Assembly (NCBI GenBank): GCA_040756905.1
Contig: JBFLYD010000009.1
Coordinates: forward strand, 4,854-68,853
Source: Acidobacteriota bacterium
Lineage (GTDB): Bacteria; Acidobacteriota; Aminicenantia; JBFLYD01
Length of the DNA: 64,000 nucleotides
Direction of reading: 5' to 3'
Below, piece by piece: positions 35,653-44,697 of this stretch. Position 1 is the first letter of the stretch. Every line of letters starts with the position of its first letter. The notes under the pieces are model-generated. The model had not been told where the DNA came from and made no database searches. It was given only the letters and a program-made list of their open reading frames with translations. The translations under genes were made by a program, and so were the position numbers.

Positions 35653-37017
35653 ATGATCCTGCAATCTATTAATCCTGCTAATGGAAAATTAATTGCTACC
35701 TTTGAGGAACATTCTTTAGATGAGATAAGAGAAAGTACAGGAAAGACCTGGGAGGCATTTCTTCTATGGAAAGAAACATCTTTCAGGGAGCGAAGCAATT
35801 TAATGAAAAAAGTTGCGTATCAATTAAGAACACATGGGGAGCATTATGGAAGAATTATAACCGAGGAGATGGGTAAACCCATTATCCAGTCCATTGCTGA
35901 GGTAGAAAAATGCGCCTGGGTGTGTGAGTACTATGCAGAGAATGCAGAAAGATTTTTAAAGGATGAACTGATAGAAACTGATGCGAGCAAGAGTTACGTT
36001 TGTTTTGAACCCCTGGGTGTTATTCTTGCTATAATGCCATGGAATTTCCCTTTCTGGCAGGTATTCAGGTTCGCAGCGCCGGCATTGATGGCTGGCAATG
36101 TGGCCCTTTTAAAGCATTCTTCTAACGTCCCGCGTTGTTCTTTAGCCATAGAAGAAGTATTCCAGAAAGCTGGCTTTCCACCCCATCTCTTTACAACTTT
36201 GTTGATAAGTTCAGAGAAGGTAGGAGATGTCATAAAGGATGATAAGATCAAAGCAGTAACTCTTACTGGCAGTGAAGATGCTGGAAGTAAGGTAGCAGAA
36301 ATAGCAGGCAGGGAGATTAAGAAAACTGTTCTGGAATTAGGGGGAAGCGATCCGTTCATAATCCTTCATGATGCAGATGTTAATGTTTGTGCCAGTGTAG
36401 GGACTCAGGCCAGAACGACCAATACAGGACAGAGTTGCATCGCTGCCAAGAGATTTATTGTAGTTGAAGAACAGGCCAAAGAGTTTGAAAGACTACTTAC
36501 CGAGAATATTGAAAAGTTAAAGGTTGGTGACCCTCTGGATAAAAATACTCAGATTGGACCCCTTGCCCGGAAAGACCTGCTACTGGAGTTAGATAAACAA
36601 GTCCAGGATTCCATAGCTCAAGGAGCAAAACTCCTGACCGGAGGAAAAAGGTTGGATAGACCTGGATTCTATTATGCTCCTACAGTTCTGACAGATGTAA
36701 GGGAAGGTATGCCGGTTTATAGAGAGGAAACCTTCGGTCCAGTTGCGGCTGTTATCAAGGTAAGGGATGAAGAGGAAGCTATCAGGATAGCTAACGCCAC
36801 ACGGTTTGGCCTGGGAGCCAGTCTATGGACAAAAGACTTGAAAAAGGCTGAAGAGTTAGCAAGGAAGATTGATTCAGGAATGGTTTTTATTAATGCTATG
36901 GTAAAATCAGACCCACGCCTGCCCTTTGGTGGAGTTAAGAAATCAGGCTATGGCCGGGAATTGTCCCATTATGGGATTAAAGAATTTGTAAACATTAAGT
37001 CAGTATGGATTGCTTAA
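35653..37017 (+). CDS. NAD(P)-dependent succinate-semialdehyde dehydrogenase (Sad/YneI-type aldehyde dehydrogenase).
   Basis: 454 aa collinear with E. coli YneI as recalled: MPWNFPFWQV, VLELGGSDPFI, catalytic Cys in QSCIAAKRF, and EETFGPVAAV. Also NTGQSC and GGVKKSGYGRELS. Confidence 0.85.
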   Translation: MILQSINPANGKLIATFEEHSLDEIRESTGKTWEAFLLWKETSFRERSNLMKKVAYQLRTHGEHYGRIITEEMGKPIIQSIAEVEKCAWVCEYYAENAERFLKDELIETDASKSYVCFEPLGVILAIMPWNFPFWQVFRFAAPALMAGNVALLKHSSNVPRCSLAIEEVFQKAGFPPHLFTTLLISSEKVGDVIKDDKIKAVTLTGSEDAGSKVAEIAGREIKKTVLELGGSDPFIILHDADVNVCASVGTQARTTNTGQSCIAAKRFIVVEEQAKEFERLLTENIEKLKVGDPLDKNTQIGPLARKDLLLELDKQVQDSIAQGAKLLTGGKRLDRPGFYYAPTVLTDVREGMPVYREETFGPVAAVIKVRDEEEAIRIANATRFGLGASLWTKDLKKAEELARKIDSGMVFINAMVKSDPRLPFGGVKKSGYGRELSHYGIKEFVNIKSVWIA

Positions 37018-37043
37018 CCTTTATACCTTATCGTCAACTTTTT

Positions 37044-37092
37044 TGACAATGAGCCGATGATTCCTTGACAATGAATTTTATCAGGTTATATC
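37044..37092 (+). promoter_or_regulatory. Candidate promoter with duplicated TTGACAATGA boxes upstream of the amidohydrolase operon.
   Basis: ttgacaatga at 37044 and at 37065, then a 16-nt spacer and TATATC. RBS AAGGAGGGGG before the ATG at 37146. Confidence 0.35.
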
Positions 37093-37145
37093 ATTATTTT
37101 TTTTCATACTTTATATTTAATGCAAAATCTTAAGAAGGAGGGGGT

Positions 37146-38897
37146 ATGAAGATTCCTTCATATATAAAAATGTTAGTTCTTTTGTGTATTTGTTTTTTTA
37201 TTTTAGTTAATGGCTATTCAGCCCGAGCAGACGAGGTAATAGCTATTAAAGGTGGAAAAATTTTTACTGTGACAAAAGGAATATTAGAAGATGGAACTGT
37301 AATTTTGAAGAATGGGTTGATTGAAGCTGTTGGAAAGGACATTCCTATCCCTGCTGGAGCCAAAATAATAGAAGCAAAAGATTTATACGTATATCCAGGA
37401 TTGATTGATTCCCATTCCACAATTGGAATCTCAGAGATAAAACCAAAGGCAGAAGAGGTTCCACCTTCTGGTCAGCCAATTGAAGAGAGAGAAAAAATAG
37501 AACCTTTGAATGCAGATAAGTTTGTAATTGACAGTTTGAACCCAAAAGCTCCGAACATATCAACAGCAAGAAATTTAGGTATTACAACAACGTTGTCAGC
37601 ATTAGCCCAGGGAGTTTTCACGGGTCAGAGCGCGATAATAAATTTAGCTGGAGAAACTCCTGGAGAAATGCTTCTAAAATCTCCTGCAGGTATTAATCTT
37701 GAATTTAACATGTTAAGAGGGGCGTACCCTTCAACATTGATGGGTGTTTTAGCTTTTATCAGACAGACTTTTATTGATGCTGATTATTATCAGAAAGAAT
37801 GGGAGTATTACAACAAATACAAAAAAGGGATAAGAAGACCTGTTTATAACAAACCTCTTGAGTCTCTTCAATCAGCTTTAAACAGAAAAATGCCAATAAT
37901 TTTTTCAGTAAACAAAGAAAATGACATAAAAAGATCTATCAAAATTGCGAAGGAATTCAATTTAAACTATCTATTGAGCGGAGTTACAGAGGGGTGGAGA
38001 GTTTTAGATTTATTAAAGAAAGAGAAAAGACCTGTATTGTTAAGCCTTAATTTTCCAGAACCAAAAGATACAACTGGATACAGTTTTCTTTTGAAGGTTG
38101 ACCTTCCGATTGAAAAAGAGGAAAAGCCAAAAGAAGAAAAAAAGCCTTCCATAAAGAAAGAGGCAAAGGAGGAGAAAAAAGAAGAGGAGAAGAAAGAAGA
38201 CGAGGAAATTTGGAAGCTTATTTATGGAAATGCAGCTTCCCTTCACAAAGCAGGGATTAAGTTCGCCTTTACTGGATATGGGTTAAAACAGTACGGAGAT
38301 ATCATGAAGAATGTGTCAAAGGCAATCGAGAATGGATTGCCTGCGGAAGAAGCTCTTAAAGCATTTACAATTTATCCAGCTGAGATATTCGGAATCTCTG
38401 ACCAGGTTGGAAGCATTGAAAAAGGGAAGATAGCAAACATAGTGGTTACAAAGGGAGAGTTGTTTCAAAAAGATACAACTTTAAAATATTTATTTATCGA
38501 TGGAAAAGAGATTGAAGTTAAAGAAGCCGTGAAAAAAGAGGGAATCAAGCCACCCACGGTTGATGTAACAGGAACATGGAATGTTTCAATAATGTCCCCA
38601 GGGGGTGAGATGTCTGCTACGATGACTCTTACTCAATCAGGGTCTGATGTATCAGGAGAGTTTAAAAGTCAGATGGGAATAACACAGATAAGTAATGGAG
38701 TTGTGAGCGGAAATGAAATCAGTTTTTCAATACTTATTCCAACGACTGACCCACCGATGGAAGTTTTTTTCTCTGGAAAAGTAGAGGGAAATTCTATAAC
38801 TGGGACGATAGACCTTGGACCAATGGGCACTGCAGAATGGAAAGCAACCCGTCCAGGCAATTTAAATTTACTTTTTGAAAGTGCTGGAAATAATTAA
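37146..38897 (+). CDS. Secreted amidohydrolase-family protein with an internal K/E-rich insertion and an extra C-terminal domain.
   Basis: Signal peptide, then IKGGKIFTVTKG...ILKNGLIEAVGKD...PGLIDSHS (metal-binding HxH region). [32 protein letters not shown] insertion. The C-terminal roughly 130 aa are not present in the two paralogues. Confidence 0.7.
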   Translation: MKIPSYIKMLVLLCICFFILVNGYSARADEVIAIKGGKIFTVTKGILEDGTVILKNGLIEAVGKDIPIPAGAKIIEAKDLYVYPGLIDSHSTIGISEIKPKAEEVPPSGQPIEEREKIEPLNADKFVIDSLNPKAPNISTARNLGITTTLSALAQGVFTGQSAIINLAGETPGEMLLKSPAGINLEFNMLRGAYPSTLMGVLAFIRQTFIDADYYQKEWEYYNKYKKGIRRPVYNKPLESLQSALNRKMPIIFSVNKENDIKRSIKIAKEFNLNYLLSGVTEGWRVLDLLKKEKRPVLLSLNFPEPKDTTGYSFLLKVDLPIEKEEKPKEEKKPSIKKEAKEEKKEEEKKEDEEIWKLIYGNAASLHKAGIKFAFTGYGLKQYGDIMKNVSKAIENGLPAEEALKAFTIYPAEIFGISDQVGSIEKGKIANIVVTKGELFQKDTTLKYLFIDGKEIEVKEAVKKEGIKPPTVDVTGTWNVSIMSPGGEMSATMTLTQSGSDVSGEFKSQMGITQISNGVVSGNEISFSILIPTTDPPMEVFFSGKVEGNSITGTIDLGPMGTAEWKATRPGNLNLLFESAGNN

Positions 38898-38905
38898 AAG
38901 GAGAG

Positions 38906-40237
38906 ATGAAAATGGGAAAAAATAAATCAAAATATATTTTATTTATTGTATTTATTTTATTTTCATTTTTTTGGGTAAGAGCAGAAGAAAAATCAGCCGG
39001 TGATAACCTTTTTATTTCTAAGGGGACTATTCTTACGATTACAAAGGGAAAGATTGAAGGTGGTTCTATTTTGATAAAGAATGGAAAAATCTTTGCAGTT
39101 GGTAAAGATTTAAAGCCACCTGAGGGAATTAAAATTATCGATGCAACAGGTAAGTATGTAATGCCAGGCATAATCGATTCCCATTCTCACATGGCAATCG
39201 ACAGAGGAATAAATGAATCAACTTCTCAGGTAACTCCCCAGGTAAACATTCAGGATGTGATAAAACATGATGACATTGCGATATACAGAGCACTGGCAGG
39301 AGGAACCACCTGCGTTCAACCTCTTCATGGAAGTGCAAATGTAATTGGAGGACATAATGCTGTTATAAAACTAAAATGGGGGAAGCCGCCTGAAGAACTT
39401 TTAGTTAAAGATTCAATGCAGGGAATAAAATTTGCCCTCGGAGAAAATCCAAAGAAGTCTAATTTTCCTATGCCCAGAGGCCCTGAATTTCCCAATACAA
39501 GAATGGGGATAGAATTTGTTATAAGAGATTCTTTCAATCATGCTTTAGAGTACATGAAAAAATGGGATGAATACCAGAAGAAAAAGTCATCTTTAAAGAA
39601 GGGAGAAATTCCACCCCTTCCCCCAAAAAGAGATTTAAAATTAGAAGCACTGGCTGATATATTAAAAAGAAACCTTGGGATCGTTTGCCATGGATACAGA
39701 GCTGATGAACTTTTGATGATGCTTAAAACTGCAGATGAGTATGGAGCAAAGGTTGTCTCTTTTGAACATTGTCTTGAAGGATACAAAGTTGCCGATGAGA
39801 TTGCAAAACATGGAACAGTTGCCTCGATATTTGCTGATAACTGGGCTTATAAAATCGAAGCTTTTGATGCAATTCCCTTCAATGCAGCCATTCTTACAGA
39901 AAGAGGAGTTGCTGTAACAGTTAATTCAGATTCAGATGAAAGAGTGAGGAGACTCTATCAGGATGCGGCAAAAACCATGAAGTATGGAGGATTAAGTGAA
40001 GAAGAGGCTCTCAAAACAATTACAATAAATCCTGCAAAGATGCTCGGAATTGACCACAGATGTGGAAGTATTGAGGTTGGGAAAGATGGAGATTTGGCTA
40101 TTTTTAATGGACATCCCTTGAGCGTCTATTCAAAAGTTTTGATGACGATAATTGAGGGAGAGGTTTATTTTGACATAGAAAAAGCTATAACCGCTGAAAA
40201 AGCCCTTGCGATGGCTAAAGAAAAAGAGAAAAAGTGA
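38906..40237 (+). CDS. Secreted amidohydrolase-family protein (paralogue).
   Basis: KGTILTITKGKIEGGSILIKNGKIFAVGKDL...PGIIDSHSHMAIDRG. 443 aa. Confidence 0.75.
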   Translation: MKMGKNKSKYILFIVFILFSFFWVRAEEKSAGDNLFISKGTILTITKGKIEGGSILIKNGKIFAVGKDLKPPEGIKIIDATGKYVMPGIIDSHSHMAIDRGINESTSQVTPQVNIQDVIKHDDIAIYRALAGGTTCVQPLHGSANVIGGHNAVIKLKWGKPPEELLVKDSMQGIKFALGENPKKSNFPMPRGPEFPNTRMGIEFVIRDSFNHALEYMKKWDEYQKKKSSLKKGEIPPLPPKRDLKLEALADILKRNLGIVCHGYRADELLMMLKTADEYGAKVVSFEHCLEGYKVADEIAKHGTVASIFADNWAYKIEAFDAIPFNAAILTERGVAVTVNSDSDERVRRLYQDAAKTMKYGGLSEEEALKTITINPAKMLGIDHRCGSIEVGKDGDLAIFNGHPLSVYSKVLMTIIEGEVYFDIEKAITAEKALAMAKEKEKK

Positions 40238-41559
40238 GGTGGAAGATGAAAGGAAAAATTTCTATTAAATTCATTGGATTATTATGCTTTCTTTTAATAC
40301 TGATAAATTATGTTTATTCGGAAGGCAATAAGGGATATGCGATTGTAAATGCATATATTTTCCCGGTGACATCGGCTCCGATTGAAAATGGTATATTGCT
40401 TATTAAAGACGACAAAATTGAAGCAATAGGAAAGGATTTGGAAGTTCCAGAAGGGTATGAAATAATAAATGCAAAAGGTCTATATGTTTATCCAGGGCTA
40501 ATTGATTCCTCCTCTTTTCTCGGTCTTTCTGAAATAGGTTCTGTTCGAGCAACAGTTGATACCTTTGAAATTGGAAATTTTAAGCCCCATATAAAAGCTG
40601 AGGTTGCGATAAATCCCCATAGTGAGTTAATTCCAGTTACAAGGGTTAATGGAATTGCAACTGTTCTTGTTTCTCCGAGAGGAGGCACGATAGCAGGACA
40701 GAGCGCTCTTGTAAACTTAATAGGCTGGACTCCTGAAGAGATGGTGTTGAAATCTCCAGCTGCCATTCACATTTCATATCCAAGAGTTATTGAGAGAAGG
40801 AGATTCGGAGCTCCAGGAGAAAAGCCCCAGGACGAAGCAGTGGCTCAAAAGCAATTGAAAGAATTGAAAGAATTTCTGGATAGAACAAAAAGATACATTG
40901 AAATCTGGGAAGCATACAATAAGGATAAAAAAGGCTCAATTCCTGAAAAAGACTTGATCCTGGAAGCTATGGCTCCTGCGTTAAAAGGAGAAATTCCTGT
41001 TGTAATTTCTGCAGATAAAGTAAAGGAGATAAAAGGAGCAATAGAACTTGCTGATGGATATAAAATGAAGCTCATTCTGAGTGGGGCATCTGAAGGCTGG
41101 AAGTGTGCAAAATTTATAGGAGAAAAAGGTGTTCCGGTGATACTCAGCTCTCTATTTTCTCTTCCGGGAGAAAAGGAACCTTATGATGCAATATACGCCA
41201 ATGCATCAATTCTTAATAAAGCAGGGGTAAAGGTAGTATTTTCCACTGAAAGCGCAAGCGATGTAAGAAATCTTCCCTATCAGGCTGGAACTGCCTCTGC
41301 CTATGGGCTTCCAAAAGAAGAAGCCCTGAAGGGCATAACGATATATCCTGCTGAAATTTTCGGGGTTCAGGATAAAATTGGGAGCTTGGAGAAAGGGAAA
41401 ATAGCCAACATAATTTTGACAGATGGAGACCCTCTGGAGATGAGAACACAAACAAAACATCTTTTTATAAAAGGGCAGAAACTTCCTCTTACAAGCAAGC
41501 ATATCGAACTGTATGAGAAATTCAGAAAAAGACCTTCCATAAAGTTTTTTAGCCGATAA
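40234..41559 (+). CDS. Secreted amidohydrolase-family protein (paralogue).
   Basis: AYIFPVTSAPIENGILLIKDDKIEAIGKDL...PGLIDSSS. 441 aa. Overlaps the previous gene by 4 nt. Confidence 0.7.
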   Translation: MRWKMKGKISIKFIGLLCFLLILINYVYSEGNKGYAIVNAYIFPVTSAPIENGILLIKDDKIEAIGKDLEVPEGYEIINAKGLYVYPGLIDSSSFLGLSEIGSVRATVDTFEIGNFKPHIKAEVAINPHSELIPVTRVNGIATVLVSPRGGTIAGQSALVNLIGWTPEEMVLKSPAAIHISYPRVIERRRFGAPGEKPQDEAVAQKQLKELKEFLDRTKRYIEIWEAYNKDKKGSIPEKDLILEAMAPALKGEIPVVISADKVKEIKGAIELADGYKMKLILSGASEGWKCAKFIGEKGVPVILSSLFSLPGEKEPYDAIYANASILNKAGVKVVFSTESASDVRNLPYQAGTASAYGLPKEEALKGITIYPAEIFGVQDKIGSLEKGKIANIILTDGDPLEMRTQTKHLFIKGQKLPLTSKHIELYEKFRKRPSIKFFSR

Positions 41560-41797
41560 AAAATTTGAGCAGCAAGAGTGACTTCGAAAACACGCTGTAT
41601 TTTCCCCAGTCCCGCACTAACTTATTATTACCTAAGTTAAGGAATTCATAATATCTCTACTCCCATCACTTAATTTTTTTGGAATAAATACAGTTAGTGC
41701 GGGAGCATTCATGCTTCGCTCTTCTCCTGAGTAAACTCAGGAGAAACCATGCCCGCTCCACATTCGTGACGGTTTTCTCGCCACCCTTGCTGCTCAG
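41560..41797 (+). mobile_element. Repeat family R1, full copy (about 238 bp), MITE-like, with roughly 25-bp imperfect terminal inverted repeats (GCAGCAAGRGTGACTTCGAAAAC ... GTTTTCTCGCCACCCTTGCTGC) and internal palindromes.
   Basis: Left end aaaaatttgagcagcaagagtgacttcgaaaacac and right end cgtgacggttttctcgccacccttgctgctca. Internal cccgcactaact/agttagtgcggg and ctcctgagtaaactcaggag palindromes. Copies and fragments at 44698-45013, 42826-42867, 23001-23061 and 13072-13107. Confidence 0.6.
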
Positions 41798-41899
41798 TAA
41801 AATTAGAGTAATTTCTGGTATATAATGAAATAATTGATTCCATTTTTTTATCATAAAATAAAATTGACGGAGGGAAGATAACACAGGTAAAATTGCAGG

Positions 41900-42817
41900 A
41901 TGGGAGAATGGCTGAGAGGAGATTTATTAGCTGAAGAAATTAAGGCAGAAATTCAGAGAGGATTAGAATCCTATAAGGAAAAAATCAAAAGGCCTCCTTA
42001 TTTAGTTGGAATTTTAATAGGTGAGAACCCCTCATCAAAAATTTATCTTAACATAAAAAAAAGGGAATGCGAGAAAATTGGAATCAAGTCAGAGATTGTA
42101 AAATTTTCTGAAGATGAAACAAGGGAAAATATATTAAATAAAATCAATGAATTGAATGATAATAGAGCGATAGATGGAATTCTGGTTCAGCTTCCAATCC
42201 CTTCTCATCTTGATACCCTTGAAATAATAAGTGCTTTAAGCCCTGATAAAGATGTGGATGGTTTTCACCCTGATAATGTTAGTAGAATATTCTATGCAAA
42301 GCCAGGGTTCAGACCTTGCACTCCTTTTGGAATTTTAGAGCTATTGAAAAGAAACAACATAAAGATAGAAGGAAAGAGGGCAGTTATAATAGGAAGGAGC
42401 TTTATCGTTGGAAAACCTTTAGGGTTGATGTTACTAAATGAGAACGCCACTTTGACTTTCTGCCATTCAAAGACAGAGAACTTAAAAGATGTGACAAGTT
42501 CTGCTGATATATTAATTGTGGCAATCGGGAAACCATGCTTTGTCAGAAAAGATTTTGTTAAACAGGGTGCTGTTGTTGTAGATGTCGGAATTAATCAGAT
42601 AACAGATTTGGCTGAGTTTAAAAGAATTTGTGGAGATAATGAGAAAAAAGAAGTTCAGATTAAAGAAAAAGGCAGCACTCTTGTTGGAGATGTTCACCCT
42701 GAGGTGATAGAAAAAGCTTCATTCCTTACCCCTGTTCCAGGAGGAGTTGGACCTTTAACAGTTGCAATGCTTTTAAAAAATACCTGGGAATCCTTTAGAA
42801 AAAGAGAAAATTTATAA
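41900..42817 (+). CDS. folD: Bifunctional methylenetetrahydrofolate dehydrogenase/methenyl-THF cyclohydrolase FolD.
   Basis: N-terminal YLVGILIGENPSSKIY, GILVQLPIP and PVPGGVGPLTVAMLL. Confidence 0.85.
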   Translation: MGEWLRGDLLAEEIKAEIQRGLESYKEKIKRPPYLVGILIGENPSSKIYLNIKKRECEKIGIKSEIVKFSEDETRENILNKINELNDNRAIDGILVQLPIPSHLDTLEIISALSPDKDVDGFHPDNVSRIFYAKPGFRPCTPFGILELLKRNNIKIEGKRAVIIGRSFIVGKPLGLMLLNENATLTFCHSKTENLKDVTSSADILIVAIGKPCFVRKDFVKQGAVVVDVGINQITDLAEFKRICGDNEKKEVQIKEKGSTLVGDVHPEVIEKASFLTPVPGGVGPLTVAMLLKNTWESFRKRENL

Positions 42818-42825
42818 ATTCTGAA

Positions 42826-42867
42826 GTGGCGGTTCTCAGGAACCTTCGGTTTCTCCGCCACCCTTCC
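42826..42867 (+). repeat. Repeat family R1 right-end fragment (hairpin gtggcgg-N22-ccgccac) immediately after the folD stop.
   Basis: gtggcggttctcaggaaccttcggtttctccgccacccttcc matches 23001-23061 (reverse complement) and the R1 right ends. Confidence 0.55.
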
Positions 42868-42878
42868 TTCTCACCTAA

Positions 42879-43028
42879 TACAAACGCAATAAATAATTTG
42901 TAGGGCAACCCTTCAGAGCCTGCCCCAAACCTTGCCCTGAACTTGTTTCATGGGTTGATTCGGGGGTTGCTTAATGCAAGGTTAAAGCCTTGCCCTACAT
43001 GTCAATTTATTTAATTCGTTTGTATTAA
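42879..43028 (+). mobile_element. Repeat family R2, longest copy (about 150 bp), MITE-like, with roughly 30-bp terminal inverted repeats (TACAAACGCAATAAATAATTTGTAGGGCAA ... TTGCCCTACATGTCAATTTATTTAATTCGTTTGTA).
   Basis: Shorter copies at 59447-59533 and 58652-58724 share the tgtagggcaa...ttgccctacatg palindromic core. Confidence 0.6.
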
Positions 43029-43054
43029 TAATTGTAGGAGAAAAGAGAGGGCAT

Positions 43055-43912
43055 TTAGATTCTCGGATTGGCGTAGCAATAAATACATGCATTCGGGCAT
43101 GGTTGAGTATAGCTACCTATGTCTATTGAAACAGTACAACCGCATTCTTTTCTTTGAGATGGGTCTTTTTTCGTAATAGCCTGTTTTTTTTCAGGGTGGA
43201 TTTTGCTAAGAAAATTTCCATCGATGCAGGAAGATTTTTTTATAAAAGAGATTTTTTCCAAAAATGGTTGGGAACAGGAGAAAATATTAATATTGTATTT
43301 ATATACTGTTTCCTCAATTTCATAGATGTCCTTTAACTTTTCTTCTTCAGGAGGATCTACATAATCTAAATTTAATTTTTTAGCTCTTTTGATACACTTT
43401 GGATAATATTGAACAAAACTCAGTCTTATATCTTTTATTCCAAATTTTGAAATTTCAGATATAATTTTTTCAAAATAAGTAAGATTGCTTTTTACTCCTC
43501 CATCTTCTCTCCAGTAAATTATCGGGTCGAACCTTATAGATATTCTTTCAGGAAGCTGAGAAATTTCTACCAATCTATCAATCTGGGCTAAAGCTTCACA
43601 CAAAGGAATAACTCCAGGTTCAATTCTGGTGCCTCCAAGACCAGTAATTGTAAAAAGAAAATACAGTTGGGCATATTCTTTTAATAAATCTAATAAGTTA
43701 TGCCTATTTTCGATAAGATTTTTAAAATTTTTGCTCCAGAGAACTATTGTATGGGTATTCGAGGGATTTAGATCTACAACATAAGAGTATTTGTAGGGTC
43801 CTATTACAATCGCTTTTCTATTTTTTAATGAATTTACTAACCAATCAGGGAAATGAGCAATTAAATCAGTTCTTCTTGAAGCGCTTATAATTCTATGTTC
43901 CTTGACTTTCAT
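43055..43912 (-). CDS. DUF1848-like protein.
   Basis: 285 aa. N-terminal IISASRRTDLIAHFPDWL and a C-terminal Cys cluster (CPNACIYC) resemble the DUF1848 family. Low certainty. Confidence 0.5.
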   Translation of the reverse strand: MKVKEHRIISASRRTDLIAHFPDWLVNSLKNRKAIVIGPYKYSYVVDLNPSNTHTIVLWSKNFKNLIENRHNLLDLLKEYAQLYFLFTITGLGGTRIEPGVIPLCEALAQIDRLVEISQLPERISIRFDPIIYWREDGGVKSNLTYFEKIISEISKFGIKDIRLSFVQYYPKCIKRAKKLNLDYVDPPEEEKLKDIYEIEETVYKYNINIFSCSQPFLEKISFIKKSSCIDGNFLSKIHPEKKQAITKKDPSQRKECGCTVSIDIGSYTQPCPNACIYCYANPRI

Positions 43913-43956
43913 TCTACTTCTTCTTATGATTTTAGATTATAAAGTAAAGGTTTTCA

Positions 43957-44691
43957 ATGTCAAAGCTTAATGCAAAAAATTTAGTTAAGAATTTTTCTGG
44001 CAGAAGGGTTGTCAACAATGTAAGCTTAGAGATAAATTCAGGTGAGGTTGTAGGGTTTTTAGGAAGAAACGGAGCAGGTAAAACAACTGTATTTCAAATT
44101 ATTGTCGGGCTGATAAAGCCCGATTTTGGGAAGATTTATGTGGATGAAGAAGATTATACTTATCTTCCATCGAGTTTGAGAGCAAGAAAGGGATTGGTTT
44201 ATCTTCCCCAGGAACATTCTGTTTTTTTAAAAGCAACAGTGGAAGAAAATCTTGAAATGATATTTCAAACAGTTAAACTTTCTTACATATCAAAGATTGA
44301 GAAGAAAAAAAATCTGATAAGAGATTTTAATTTAGGAGATATTTTACAACAGCCTGCTTTTACTCTTTCTGGTGGGGAAAAGAGAAGACTTGAGACAGCA
44401 AGAGCATTAATATTGAACCCTGTTTTTCTCTTTCTTGATGAGCCATTTTCAGGTATAGATCCCCTTACAGTTACAGAGATCCAGAAAATTATTCTTTTTC
44501 TAAAGGAGAAAGGAATAGGGGTGATTATTTCTGACCATAACGTGAGAGATACATTTGAAGTTACTGATAGAGCTTATATTATTCATGAGGGAGAGGTTGT
44601 AGTTTCAGGAATGCCTGAAGAACTATCCAAGAATAAAGAAGCAAAGAAAATATTTCTCGGCGAAAATTTCAAACTCGGCCAGGAAATATAA
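43957..44691 (+). CDS. lptB: LPS export ABC transporter ATP-binding protein LptB-like.
   Basis: Walker A GRNGAGKTT, LSGGEKRRLETARAL signature and Walker B LFLDEPFSGIDP. 244 aa. The RARKGLVYLPQE region is typical of LptB. Confidence 0.7.
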   Translation: MSKLNAKNLVKNFSGRRVVNNVSLEINSGEVVGFLGRNGAGKTTVFQIIVGLIKPDFGKIYVDEEDYTYLPSSLRARKGLVYLPQEHSVFLKATVEENLEMIFQTVKLSYISKIEKKKNLIRDFNLGDILQQPAFTLSGGEKRRLETARALILNPVFLFLDEPFSGIDPLTVTEIQKIILFLKEKGIGVIISDHNVRDTFEVTDRAYIIHEGEVVVSGMPEELSKNKEAKKIFLGENFKLGQEI

Positions 44692-44697
44692 ATCGTT

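Noticed and set aside
38040-38246. Minus-strand ORFs rich in Phe/Leu opposite the first amidohydrolase.
   Set aside because: They are the reverse-complement reading of the GAA/AAG-rich K/E linker insertion and are not independent genes.
41666-41884. 72-aa minus-strand ORF within and after the R1 repeat.
   Set aside because: It spans a repeat with terminal inverted repeats and palindromes. Its reading frame is not preserved in the other R1 copy, so it is unlikely to be coding.
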